Counted from the stretch's first letter, positions 10,433 through 20,483 are shown. The stretch: 64,000 nucleotides of DNA from Nitrospinales bacterium (GCA_965223795.1 CBDCXL010000002.1:1536001-1600000), one strand, 5' to 3'. Translations and numbers: made by a program. The notes: generated by a model from the sequence alone, not told the origin.

Positions 10433-10648
10433 CTTTTTTATTCTTCGTATTCCCAAATTTTTCTCAGGTTCTTTCACGTGCTGAATGGATGCGCCTGCAT
10501 TTTCTGCACGGGGAATCTTATTCTTTCGGATTCACGGTTTCGTCTGCTTTGCTCAAGATGCCGATGTATTCACAGCCTTGGATTTTTTGGGAGATTTTTC
10601 AAATGAGGATCATTGCATCTTGCAGTGAAAAAAGTTGGGAGAAAATTC

Positions 10649-12778
10649 ATGTGTTGTCCGAACAAGGTAACTTTCAGGGCGATCGCCCTGCTCGCTTTAT
10701 TCAGTTTCGTGTTTGTTCCGCCCATATTTGCGGCGGATGAGGAAAGCCCAAAAGTTCTGCCGGAAGTTCTTGTAGAAGCTCCGAAAGCAAAACTAAAAGA
10801 AAGCGCTGCAACTTCCATCGGGACTTTTGAGGCCACGGAAGGAACGTTGACGGTTCCCAGCAATTTCGAAGCCGCAAAAATAATCGAACGGACCGCGGGC
10901 GGAGCCGCGGTGGTGGACAGCAAGGTTTTTGAAAAGGATTTCAGCCAAAACTTTGAGGACACGCTTTCCTTTGTTCCCGGTGTGTATGCGACAAAGCGTT
11001 TTGCCGAAGAGGTGCGCATTTCCATCCGGGGCTCCGGCATTGAGCGCAACTTTCATCAAAAGGGCCTCGCCACGTTCCAGGACGGCATTCCTTTCAATTC
11101 GGCCGACAGCAGCGGCGATTTTCAGGAGATCGACAATCTGACCTTGCAGCGTATCGAGGTGTTCAAGGGCGGGAATGCCTTGCAGTATGGCGGCACGTCG
11201 ATCGGGGGTTCCATCAACATGATCTCCAAGACCGGCCAAAGCCATCCCGGGCACCAACTGCGCTTCGACCTGGGTTCGGACGACACTTATCGCGGCAATA
11301 TTCAATCGGGACTTAAGTTTGGTAAAACCGACTTGTTTTTCAGCATCACGGGATTGAAGAGCAATGGGTTCCGGGTGCACGCCGATCAGGAATATTTAAA
11401 GTTCAACTCGAACCTGGGAATCAAACTCTCGGAAACCGCGGAGACACGCTTTTATTTTTCCGCGAACACGATCGAGCTCGAACTCCCCGGAACGGTGACC
11501 CGGTCCTCCGCATTGAACAAGCCGGTGGACGTGCGGGCTTCCGTCATCCGGGACGATGAACATCGGGATATCGATTCTTTCCGGCTGGCAAATAAAACCA
11601 CGTTTGACCTGGGCGGCGGCAAATTGCTGGATGTCGGGGCGTTTGCAACGATCAAATCGTTGTTCCACCCGATCACTTCTTTTGTCGGGGTGATCGACCA
11701 GGACAGCCACAATTACGGGGTCTTCGCGCAGGGCTCGGGTTCATACAACACCGGAGATTATTCAAACCGTTTTCGCCTGGGAGTCACCACGCATTTCGGC
11801 AAAACGGATGCGAAAGTATTTGCCAATGTCGGCGGCCGCCGGGGAGCCTTGACTTCCGATACGGATCAGTCCGCCTACAACATCGTGGTGTATGGCGAAA
11901 ACCAGTTTTATGTCAATCCCAAGCTGGCGCTCATCGCCGGCGGGCAATTTGTCTGGGCGCACCGCGATGTGTTCGATGAGTTGACGCCCAGCGAGACGGA
12001 CAGCGAGACATTCGAATCTTTCAATCCCCGCATTGGAATTCTCTATAACCACACGCCGACAGTCCAGTTTTATGCAAACTACACCAGAAGTTTTGAGCCG
12101 CCTGATTTTAGCGATTTAACGCAGGGCGGAACCTCGGGTTTCATCAATCTGGACGCACAGAAAGCATGGACCTTTGAAATCGGCACGCGCGGTCAGCACA
12201 GTATTTTCGACTGGGAATTGACGTTATACCGGGCGTGGCTTGACGACGAGCTTTTGAAGTTCACCGTGGGCGGCGGCATACCGGCTACCGGATTCAATGC
12301 GGACGACACCATTCATCAAGGTGTGGAAGCCGGTCTGGGCATTGTGCTGGCAAAGAACCTGCTATCCGGCGGCGATCGCCTGAAGTGGAGCAACGTTTAT
12401 ACCTACAGTGATTTTTATTTTGATGACGATGCGCAATTCGGGGACAACGACATCCCGGGTGTGCCTCCCCATGTGTACCGGACGGAACTTCGGTATGACC
12501 ATCAGGAAAAGTGGTATGTGGCGCTCAATGCGGATTTTGTCAGTGAAGCGGATGTGGATTTCACCAACACGTTCTCGGCGCCGGGCTATTCCCTGATGGG
12601 CTTTGGAGCCGGGTATGAGGTGAATGAAAAAGTCAGCTTGTTCCTGACCGGGCGGAACCTGTTTGACACGGAGTACATTTCCAACTTTTCCACAGCGGTG
12701 AGCGCCACACCCACTTCGGCGCTTTTCTATCCCGGAGATGGCAGGCGGTTCTTCGGTGGGGTCACTTTGAGGTTTTGA
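10649..12778 (+). CDS. TonB-dependent receptor
   Basis: Signal peptide, TonB box LPEVLVEA, plug motifs ISIRGSG and RIEVFKG, NLFD motif and C-terminal Phe. Confidence 0.95.
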   Translation: MCCPNKVTFRAIALLALFSFVFVPPIFAADEESPKVLPEVLVEAPKAKLKESAATSIGTFEATEGTLTVPSNFEAAKIIERTAGGAAVVDSKVFEKDFSQNFEDTLSFVPGVYATKRFAEEVRISIRGSGIERNFHQKGLATFQDGIPFNSADSSGDFQEIDNLTLQRIEVFKGGNALQYGGTSIGGSINMISKTGQSHPGHQLRFDLGSDDTYRGNIQSGLKFGKTDLFFSITGLKSNGFRVHADQEYLKFNSNLGIKLSETAETRFYFSANTIELELPGTVTRSSALNKPVDVRASVIRDDEHRDIDSFRLANKTTFDLGGGKLLDVGAFATIKSLFHPITSFVGVIDQDSHNYGVFAQGSGSYNTGDYSNRFRLGVTTHFGKTDAKVFANVGGRRGALTSDTDQSAYNIVVYGENQFYVNPKLALIAGGQFVWAHRDVFDELTPSETDSETFESFNPRIGILYNHTPTVQFYANYTRSFEPPDFSDLTQGGTSGFINLDAQKAWTFEIGTRGQHSIFDWELTLYRAWLDDELLKFTVGGGIPATGFNADDTIHQGVEAGLGIVLAKNLLSGGDRLKWSNVYTYSDFYFDDDAQFGDNDIPGVPPHVYRTELRYDHQEKWYVALNADFVSEADVDFTNTFSAPGYSLMGFGAGYEVNEKVSLFLTGRNLFDTEYISNFSTAVSATPTSALFYPGDGRRFFGGVTLRF

Positions 12779-12841
12779 GTGAATACAGGATACTTTTCTT
12801 ACGTGCAGCTTTCATCTTTTTGGCTTGAAAGGAGATGAGTC

Positions 12842-14146
12842 GTGTTTAAGACCAGGCACAAAAAAATACTCCTTGGTTTTGTTTTATTGCTATTCAGCAT
12901 TTTCACCGCCGGCTTTGTTCAAAAATCACCCGGCTCAAACGCTTCGATAACGGCTGTAAAATCCAGTCCTGAAAACGGTGCGGGTCTGGTGAACTGGGAA
13001 AGCACGCCGCGTGTGGTCGGTCAGGGCAACGGGCTGCAACTGATGCTGAAAACTTCGGAAAGCATGAATTTCATCTATGCCGCCCACAAAGACAACGGGG
13101 GACAGGATCTTTTTTATATGAGTTCTCATAATGTGGGTGACACCTTTTCCAATCCCTATTCCATCAATAAGGATCCCGGGGAAGTCAGTGCCCACGGAGA
13201 AAACGGTCCTTTGCTGAGAAAGGGTGCCGGGATTGAAATGTACGCGTTCTGGCAAGGCGGAAAGGATTTGAAGTTTGCCCGCTCCTTGAATTTTGGACGC
13301 AGTTTCACCCCTCCCATCAAAGTGAATGATGATGCCGAGGGCTATCATTCGTTTCAAACCATGGAAGTCGCTCCGGACGGAACCATCTACGTGGCCTGGC
13401 TGGATGGCCGCGACAAGAAAACCAACCCGCCAGGAACCGGCTCGCTTTACATAGCAAAATCGGTCGACCGGGGAGCGTCGTTCGGCAAAAACATCAAGGT
13501 GTCCGGTGCGATCTGTCCCTGCTGCCGGCCGGCGATCGCTTTCGACGACTCCGGACAGGTGTTCATTTCCTGGAGACACGTTTATGAAAACCACAATCGC
13601 ATCATCGTGATGGCCCGTTCCCAGGACAAGGGAGAAACCTGGTCTAAAGCCATCCGGGTCACTGAGGATGGCTGGAAGATCAATGGCTGCGCGCATTCCG
13701 GGCCTGCGATGGGTTTTGCGGACGGGAAATTGTTCGTGACCTGGTTCAGCGGCGCGGAGAACAAATCCCGTCTGCGTGCGGCTGTATCTTCTGACTCCGG
13801 CCAGAGCTTTCAATACCTGGGTGAGATCCAGAGGAGCGTTCTCGATGCCAACCATCCGGACATTAAAATGATCGACAATGAAGCCTGGGTCATTTTTCAG
13901 GGACGGGATCCCGGTGTGGCCAGGGGATGGGGGCCGATTCGCCCCTGGGTCACGAAGATCGCGGCAAACGGAGAATTCTCCGAACCTGAAAAACTCCCTT
14001 TTCTGGGGAACAGCGTGTCTTATCCTTTGCTGTTTTCGGGAACCGGTGGAAGGGTTTACGCAACCTGGACGGAACATTCTAAGGATGGCCAAAAGGCGGT
14101 CCTTTGCCGGGGAAGGTTGACGAACAGCTCAGTCATGCAGCCTTAA
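12842..14146 (+). CDS. BNR/Asp-box (sialidase-like) beta-propeller protein with CPCC motif
   Basis: Repeated SxDxGxxF/W Asp-boxes (SVDRGASF, SQDKGETW, SSDSGQSF), plus ICPCCRP and GCAHSGP; signal peptide. Confidence 0.8.
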   Translation: MFKTRHKKILLGFVLLLFSIFTAGFVQKSPGSNASITAVKSSPENGAGLVNWESTPRVVGQGNGLQLMLKTSESMNFIYAAHKDNGGQDLFYMSSHNVGDTFSNPYSINKDPGEVSAHGENGPLLRKGAGIEMYAFWQGGKDLKFARSLNFGRSFTPPIKVNDDAEGYHSFQTMEVAPDGTIYVAWLDGRDKKTNPPGTGSLYIAKSVDRGASFGKNIKVSGAICPCCRPAIAFDDSGQVFISWRHVYENHNRIIVMARSQDKGETWSKAIRVTEDGWKINGCAHSGPAMGFADGKLFVTWFSGAENKSRLRAAVSSDSGQSFQYLGEIQRSVLDANHPDIKMIDNEAWVIFQGRDPGVARGWGPIRPWVTKIAANGEFSEPEKLPFLGNSVSYPLLFSGTGGRVYATWTEHSKDGQKAVLCRGRLTNSSVMQP

Positions 14147-14213
14147 ACGAGATAATAGAGCCCGGTTGCCTTGATAACTGGACTTTGATTTATTGGGATT
14201 CGGATTTTTGTAC

Positions 14214-15485
14214 ATGGTGAAGCTTGTGAGAATAAATTTATATTTCAGGCAATACTGGAAATTGCCCCCCTTTCTATTTGCAGCCCTGATAGCTTCACTC
14301 ACCTTCATTGCAGATGCCCACGCCACGGAACCAAAGTCCATTTTGCTCAAGGCGGATCGCATATTCGACGGCCATAGCTTTAAATCGGATATTGCAATAA
14401 CGGTCAAAAATGGAGTCATTGAAAATATTGATCCTGGTGATTCGCAACCACCCTCTAATGTGAAGGTTGTTGATTTAGGCGATGCGACGATTCTACCTGG
14501 CTTCATTGAATTGCACGCACATCTCTCTTTCCAAAAAGTTCCAGAGGATACCGTACTAAAGCATGGAATCACGACAATTCGGGATTTAGGCGGCCCCGTT
14601 CATAAGCCCTATGGCGGCAACGGGCGTTTGCGGGTGCTGACTTCCGGACCGATCATCACAGCTCCCGGCGGATATCCCATTCCCATTCTTGACGCTACGA
14701 ATATCGCAATCGCTGTTTCAAACGAAAAAGAAGCGCGAAATGCGGTTCGCAAACTTATCCTTGGGGGAGCTGTCGTCATTAAGGTCGCATTGGAACCTGG
14801 GGGGGAAGCGGGCGCCCCCTGGTCTTCATCTCACGGTCACCATCGTCATGATCAACCGAAAATAGATCATGGAAACTCTCATCGGCGCCCCGGACACAAT
14901 GATTTTCATATGCCGCAAAAATGGCCGCTGTTGCCGGAAATGATTGTGAAAGCCATTGTGGATGAAGCGCATAAAAACAACCGCAAGGTAACCGCCCACG
15001 TCGCAGAAGAAAAAGGAGTGCAAATCGCCATCAACTCGGGCGTCGATGAATGGGCGCACATGCCTTGTGAAGTGATCCCCGTTTCTCTTCTAAAATTAGC
15101 TAAAGATAACAATGTAAGAATCGTGAGCACATTAGACACTTTGTCGAAATGTCCAGGAGTGGCGCACAACTCAGCGGCCTGGAAGTCGTTGGGTGGCGAG
15201 TTGTTGTATGGCGCTGAAATCGCTCATCCGGACATTCCCTGGGGAATCGATGCACAAGAACTGCTCTATTTCATGATAGTGGCAAGAATGAGTTTTGTGG
15301 ATACCCTGCGCGCCGCAACCTCAAAAGCAGGACTTCACCTGAATTTACCACTTTTAGGAACCTTAAAGCGGGGCGCTCCTGCTGATATTATCGCTGTCAA
15401 AGGCGATCCATCACAAAATTTAAAACTTCTTGAGTACCCTGATCTTGTCATCTCAGGCGGTGAAATAATTGTCAACAACTTCTGA
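14214..15485 (+). CDS. Exported amidohydrolase-superfamily protein with His-rich insertion
   Basis: LPGFIELHAH, GITTIRDLG, VTAH and GAPADII motifs; start codon uncertain. Confidence 0.85.
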   Translation: MVKLVRINLYFRQYWKLPPFLFAALIASLTFIADAHATEPKSILLKADRIFDGHSFKSDIAITVKNGVIENIDPGDSQPPSNVKVVDLGDATILPGFIELHAHLSFQKVPEDTVLKHGITTIRDLGGPVHKPYGGNGRLRVLTSGPIITAPGGYPIPILDATNIAIAVSNEKEARNAVRKLILGGAVVIKVALEPGGEAGAPWSSSHGHHRHDQPKIDHGNSHRRPGHNDFHMPQKWPLLPEMIVKAIVDEAHKNNRKVTAHVAEEKGVQIAINSGVDEWAHMPCEVIPVSLLKLAKDNNVRIVSTLDTLSKCPGVAHNSAAWKSLGGELLYGAEIAHPDIPWGIDAQELLYFMIVARMSFVDTLRAATSKAGLHLNLPLLGTLKRGAPADIIAVKGDPSQNLKLLEYPDLVISGGEIIVNNF

Positions 15486-15559
15486 TACCAGCGGTCATTT
15501 GTAATGACGGAAACTGTTTTGACCAAAGCCCTGAAGGCCAAACGACTAAGGAGTCCATA

Positions 15560-16237
15560 ATGTTCGATTTCATTCAATCCGCATTCAGTCTGGTGGGCAA
15601 GGGGGGAATCATCATGGTCCCCATCCTCGTGTGCTCGGTCATCGCGTTGGCCATCGTCATCGAAAGATTGTATTTCATCCGGACGACGCAGGAAAACCCA
15701 GAACAGACTCTTCGACAATTTAATGATACGTTGAGAAACAACCCGCTCGCCCACGAAACGCAGGATCTTCAAGGCACGCAGGATTCCCTGAAGCGGATGA
15801 TCCTCGCGGGATTGCGCCTGAAGGGTCTGCCTCGATGGAAGATGGAGGAACGGCTTACCGAAGTCGGGCAGGAAGAAATCAACAGGCACAGCAAATACAT
15901 CCGGGGTCTGGAAGTGATCGCGAGCATCACGCCGCTGCTGGGACTGCTGGGCACCGTCATCGGAATGGTCCAGGCCTTCAACAAGGTGGCGGATCACAAG
16001 GGGATCGTCGATCCCAGTCTTTTGGCCGGCGGGATCTGGGAGGCGCTGCTGACCACCGCCGCGGGATTGTCCGTGGCGATTCCGACGATGGTCGTGCTGC
16101 ATTATTTCAACCGCAGAACGGAATCGATCACTTTCAATCTTGAGAAATGCGGCCGCATGCTGATCCACCACCACTACGATGAAAAAGAAGGACAACATCA
16201 CACAGACGAGCGGAAACGCGAATTGGTCGAAGCCTGA
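15560..16237 (+). CDS. exbB: MotA/TolQ/ExbB proton channel protein
   Basis: PLLGLLGTVIGM and GIWEALLTTAAGLSVAIP; His-rich C-terminal tail. Confidence 0.92.
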   Translation: MFDFIQSAFSLVGKGGIIMVPILVCSVIALAIVIERLYFIRTTQENPEQTLRQFNDTLRNNPLAHETQDLQGTQDSLKRMILAGLRLKGLPRWKMEERLTEVGQEEINRHSKYIRGLEVIASITPLLGLLGTVIGMVQAFNKVADHKGIVDPSLLAGGIWEALLTTAAGLSVAIPTMVVLHYFNRRTESITFNLEKCGRMLIHHHYDEKEGQHHTDERKRELVEA

Positions 16238-16273
16238 CACCGGAAAAACTTTAAAGATATCAGGGCGCCTTCA

Positions 16274-16660
16274 ATGCAATTGACTCGCAACAGCCGAAAA
16301 AAAAACCGGTTGGATATCACCCCGTTGATCGACGTGGTCTTTCTTTTGCTGATTTTTTTTCTTTTGACTTTTGCGGTTCAGGGACAGGGAATAGACATTC
16401 AACTGCCGGGATCAGGCTCTGGATCGGTAAATGACCGGGCCCCGTTGACACTGGTTGTGAATCAGGATGGCTCGCTGGGTTTGGATGCAAAGCCGGTTGG
16501 GTTTGACTCCATCGTGCAGGAGCTGGAAAACAAATTTGCCGACAGGAATGACCGAAGCCTGGTCGTCGATGTGCATAAAACGGTCGAGTACGACGTGTTT
16601 GTCCGTGTTCTGGATCTGGCAAAAAAAGCAGGTGCGGAGAACTTCTCGATCATTCGATAA
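16274..16660 (+). CDS. exbD: ExbD/TolR protein
   Basis: ITPLIDVVFLLLIFF. Confidence 0.92.
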   Translation: MQLTRNSRKKNRLDITPLIDVVFLLLIFFLLTFAVQGQGIDIQLPGSGSGSVNDRAPLTLVVNQDGSLGLDAKPVGFDSIVQELENKFADRNDRSLVVDVHKTVEYDVFVRVLDLAKKAGAENFSIIR

Positions 16661-16691
16661 CGGTGCATTGGAGTCCTAAAACAATCAGCCC

Positions 16692-17099
16692 ATGATACAG
16701 CTGCGGAAAGAATCCAAAGAGAAAGAATTTTTCAAGCTCGATCTGGCTCCCATGATCAATATTGTATTTCTTTTGCTGATTTTCTTTCTGCTGACTTCGT
16801 CGGCCATCAAGCAGGGGAATGCAGTGGACCTGCCGCAGGCGGAATCCGCGGATTTCAAAGCAGGGAAGGAGATCGTCATCAGCCTGGCAAAGGATCACCC
16901 GCTGCAGCTGGACCGGCGGGAAATTTCACTTGACGGCTTGTCAAAATCATTAACCGCAGCCCTGAAAACCGGAAATGACAATGTGGTGACGATCGAAGCC
17001 GACAAGAAAATCGAGTTTGACCGTGTGGCGGAAATCATCGACATCGCAAAACAGGCCGGGGCGGTGGATTTCATCCTCGCCACGGAACCCAACGATTGA
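16692..17099 (+). CDS. exbD: Second ExbD/TolR protein (TM Asp replaced by Asn)
   Basis: LAPMINIVFLLLIFF, VDLPQA and IEADK. Confidence 0.88.
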   Translation: MIQLRKESKEKEFFKLDLAPMINIVFLLLIFFLLTSSAIKQGNAVDLPQAESADFKAGKEIVISLAKDHPLQLDRREISLDGLSKSLTAALKTGNDNVVTIEADKKIEFDRVAEIIDIAKQAGAVDFILATEPND

Positions 17100-18661
17100 C
17101 AGGGACCATGCATATTAAAATAAAAATGCCGCCTGTATTGGAGACGCCGCTGGCGTGCGCGCTTGCAGGTTCCTTGTTGCTGCACACCGTACTGGTATTT
17201 TTATACGGGACGATCCTGATTCCGGAAAAATCGGATTCGCCGCCGCCGAAAAAATTCAAAATCGAAATGGTGAAACGAAAACCCGAGCCGGTGAAAAAGG
17301 TGGAAGTCATTAAGAAACCGATCAAAAAACCAACAGAAATCACTCCTATACCCGTAAAAAAACCGCGCGCGCCGATCACAGCCAAATCGCTGCGGCAGAA
17401 GGAAGTCAAGGTCATGCCGGTCACAGACTTCATTCCAGAAAAACCGAAGCCGGCTCCCCAGAAAGTTCAGTCATCCATCTCAACAAAAAAAATCAAGCAA
17501 AAGGATATCGACATCAAGCCGGTCTCACACCTGGTTGCGGAAAAAATCAAACTGAACCCGCCTAGAATCACTACAAAACCGCTGCAAATCGCAAAAGCCA
17601 GTGTGCATACCGAACCCGACAGGGTGGCAGCGCGGAAGATGAAACCTGTGAAAATTCGGAATCACAATACAGCAAAGCCTCAGGGGCTGCAAAGCGCAAA
17701 GGCCGCTTCGGTTGTTCCCACTCAGATTCTAAGACCTCTTAAGAATGTGCCTTCTTTACAACAGAGCGCCGGGACAGCAACCCGTATTCACAAACATTCT
17801 GCGAAATCAGTCGATCTGCCATCAAAACCGAAAATGGAGACGGCACTTGCAGTGTTGACAAACGACTCCATGTCCAGGAAATCCATTCGTCAAACATCTA
17901 AAGCCATTGCGACTGAACCCTCGACCGCCCCAACCGTCTTGGCGCACAACAAAATATCTTTGGAGAAAAAAGTTCCTGTTTCATTGCAAACGAACAAGCC
18001 CTCCGGTCCCACCGTTTTCCCTGCTGCGCGAAAACGGGTGGCGACGGAGAAAACCGCTTTCCTCCCCAAACGTGTGAGAAAAGCGGCAGTCTTTAAGGAA
18101 GCGCCTTCTCGATCGGAAAGTATTCAATCCATACAACCCAAGAAATTTTATCGACCGGAAAACACATCGTTTGATACGGCAAGCCCAATGAGCGCAGTGA
18201 AGGCACGGCCCATCGACACGCTACCATCATCGAGAGCGGCCCTTTCGGTTCATCCAATGAAACGCCCCTCTTCGGCATACTCGAAAAGAGAGATCGTGCA
18301 AAAAGGAGTACGGGTCGCGGCTGCCGTCTTTCCGGCCCCACGCGCGGTTCCAATCGTTGTCGATGAAGGCATTCTGGAAGGGTATCTGGGCCAACTGCAG
18401 TCCCTGATCGCGTCCGCTAAAAAATACCCTGAAAGCGCAAGGCAATCCGGTCACGAGGGAAAGGTGACCGTGCAGTTTAAGGTGTTGAAGAACGGAGACG
18501 TGAAAGATATCAAACTGGTTACAAAATCCAACCATCCCGATCTGGACCGGGAAGCGGTGGCCGCTGTCAAAAGGGCAGCACCTCTAAAAGGGTTGCCGGA
18601 TGAGATCGGCAAACCCTTTCTGGATATAATGCTTCCCTTCAAGTTTCAATTGAATGAATGA
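17096..18661 (+). CDS. tonB: TonB energy transducer with very long Lys/Pro/Ser-rich linker
   Basis: TM helix with SxxxH (SLLLH); C-terminal YPESAR..EGKVTVQF..LDREAVAAV. Confidence 0.88.
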   Translation: MTGTMHIKIKMPPVLETPLACALAGSLLLHTVLVFLYGTILIPEKSDSPPPKKFKIEMVKRKPEPVKKVEVIKKPIKKPTEITPIPVKKPRAPITAKSLRQKEVKVMPVTDFIPEKPKPAPQKVQSSISTKKIKQKDIDIKPVSHLVAEKIKLNPPRITTKPLQIAKASVHTEPDRVAARKMKPVKIRNHNTAKPQGLQSAKAASVVPTQILRPLKNVPSLQQSAGTATRIHKHSAKSVDLPSKPKMETALAVLTNDSMSRKSIRQTSKAIATEPSTAPTVLAHNKISLEKKVPVSLQTNKPSGPTVFPAARKRVATEKTAFLPKRVRKAAVFKEAPSRSESIQSIQPKKFYRPENTSFDTASPMSAVKARPIDTLPSSRAALSVHPMKRPSSAYSKREIVQKGVRVAAAVFPAPRAVPIVVDEGILEGYLGQLQSLIASAKKYPESARQSGHEGKVTVQFKVLKNGDVKDIKLVTKSNHPDLDREAVAAVKRAAPLKGLPDEIGKPFLDIMLPFKFQLNE

Positions 18662-18713
18662 GTTCACCAATGCAGTCAACAATGCCGCAAACAACCTTTT
18701 TAAGGAATCAGCA

Positions 18714-19469
18714 ATGGGCCACAAGGAAAAAGCAAATACGAAATGGATCCCACACGTTATCAGCTCGGTTTTTCTTATCGTTGTTTTACCGGTTTCAATT
18801 TGTATGGCTGAAGTCAATGAAATTGATTCCGACTTTGATGGAAAAATCGATCAATGGCAGCATGTGTCCAAAGAGGGAATCATAGAAAAAATCGAGCACG
18901 ATTCCGATGCCGACGGGAAAGTGGATCAGGTTGATTTTTACGGGAAAAACAAACAGGTCTCGCGTGTTGAATTTGACAGGAACCAGGACGGCAAAATGGA
19001 TCATTTCCAGATTTATTCCGATGCGGGGAAACTGACTCTGGTGGAGAAATCCAGCAAATTCAACGATTATATCGATTGGAGGGAAGTGTACGGGGACAAT
19101 GAGAAGCTGTCTAAAGTGGAAATCGACAAGGATCAGAACAAAAAAATGGACACCTGGCAGTTTTACAATGAACAGGAAAAGCTGATCCGGGTGGAAAGAG
19201 ACTCAGACGGCAGCGGAAACGTGGACCAATGGAGCGTATTTTCATCGAATGAAAAACTGGAGCATTCGGCGTTTGACACCACGGGCGACGGCAAACCCGA
19301 CCAATGGCAGTATTTCGATCCGTCCAACAAACTGATAAAAGTGGAATACGACACCAACAAGGATGGCAAGGCCGACCGCTGGGAACATTTCAATGCCTCC
19401 GGCGATGTGTCCAAGGTGGAGCTGGACCGAAACTTCGACGGCAAGGTGGATATGACACAAAAAAAATAG
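18714..19469 (+). CDS. Exported protein with about nine DxDxDG (Ca-binding-like) repeats
   Basis: Signal peptide, then DSDFDGKIDQW, DSDADGKVDQV, DRNQDGKMDHF, DTTGDGKPDQW, DTNKDGKADRW and similar units about every 24-25 aa. Confidence 0.75.
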   Translation: MGHKEKANTKWIPHVISSVFLIVVLPVSICMAEVNEIDSDFDGKIDQWQHVSKEGIIEKIEHDSDADGKVDQVDFYGKNKQVSRVEFDRNQDGKMDHFQIYSDAGKLTLVEKSSKFNDYIDWREVYGDNEKLSKVEIDKDQNKKMDTWQFYNEQEKLIRVERDSDGSGNVDQWSVFSSNEKLEHSAFDTTGDGKPDQWQYFDPSNKLIKVEYDTNKDGKADRWEHFNASGDVSKVELDRNFDGKVDMTQKK

Positions 19470-19572
19470 CGCGCTTGCTGCAACGGGCAAAGTTTCCTGC
19501 CTACGGTTCGCCCCCGAAACCAAATACATCGTTGGCTTTAAATATATTATTGCCCCTTGTTTCCCGCTGTTC

Positions 19573-19896
19573 TCAGGCGGACCGGGACTTCGGCCGCCAG
19601 CGAAATCGAGACAATGAGATCCTCCCCCCGGCGTCAATTTCAACGCCCTCATCCTCCAGCAACACGCGTTGCCGCTTTTCACAACCCGGATTCGAACGCC
19701 TGCTGATTTCCCCTTTTGCGTTGATGACGCGATGCCAGGGTATCGCATGGCAAGGGGAAAGGGCATGCAGTGCGTAGCCGACCTGACGCGGCTGACGCGG
19801 CAACCCCGCCATTTCGGCGATCTGGCCGTAAGTGGCGACGCGGCCGCAGGGAATTTTTTTCACGGCGGCATAGATTTTTTTATAGGCAGGACTCAT
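19573..19896 (-). CDS. Alkyltransferase-like (Atl/YbaZ, MGMT family) protein
   Basis: GRVATYGQIA, RQVGYAL and PWHRV (Trp in place of the catalytic Cys). Confidence 0.9.
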   Translation of the reverse strand: MSPAYKKIYAAVKKIPCGRVATYGQIAEMAGLPRQPRQVGYALHALSPCHAIPWHRVINAKGEISRRSNPGCEKRQRVLLEDEGVEIDAGGRISLSRFRWRPKSRSA

Positions 19897-20038
19897 CTTC
19901 GGGTCCCGTATTCCGGGACAGGCACGAATTCGTTTTCCATGCGGCATCCCTGCGGTTTGACTCTCTACAGGGATAGATATATTTTAATGACATTGAATGA
20001 CAGTTAGAAATATGTTTTTAAAACTGATTGGAAACACG

Positions 20039-20192
20039 ATGCCACAGTTTATGATCGCGAATTATGGCGGGAGACAGCCGGACTCAGAAGAAGAGGGGAT
20101 GGCGCAAATGCAGAAATGGAAGGCCTGGGTCCAGGGCCTGGGGGATGCGATCGTCAACCCCGGAACGCCTTTTCCGGAAACCAGAATCGTGA
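20039..20192 (+). pseudogene. N-terminal fragment of a YciI/DGPF-like protein
   Basis: MPQFMIANYGG..EEGMAQMQKWKAWVQGLGDAIVNPGTPF; the resemblance ends abruptly after ETRIVT. Confidence 0.55.
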
Positions 20193-20280
20193 CAAGGGGG
20201 TTGCGCAGATCGTGGGCCGCCATTCCCAGAAATTTATTTTTCACCTCGGCGCAATCTCTCGAAAATTGCCGTAAGACCGG
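20190..20280 (-). pseudogene. Histidine-kinase HisKA (H-box) fragment
   Basis: EVKNKFLGMAAHDLRNPL on the minus strand, with no HATPase domain after it. Confidence 0.6.
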
Positions 20281-20483
20281 AGGTTGCGGGATATCCGGAA
20301 GCCTGCGGGGAACCAACGGCAGGACACTTCTTGCATGGCGAAAGGAACCTCATGAAAGGTGAACGCGTAGAATCTTTTCAGGAAGGAAAGCGGAAGGTTA
20401 CCAGACGGCCTGGGACAGGACCGGCCGCGGGTATCCGGCTCATTTGGCAAGGCGCAACGCAACACCATCGAGGATGCGTGCGA

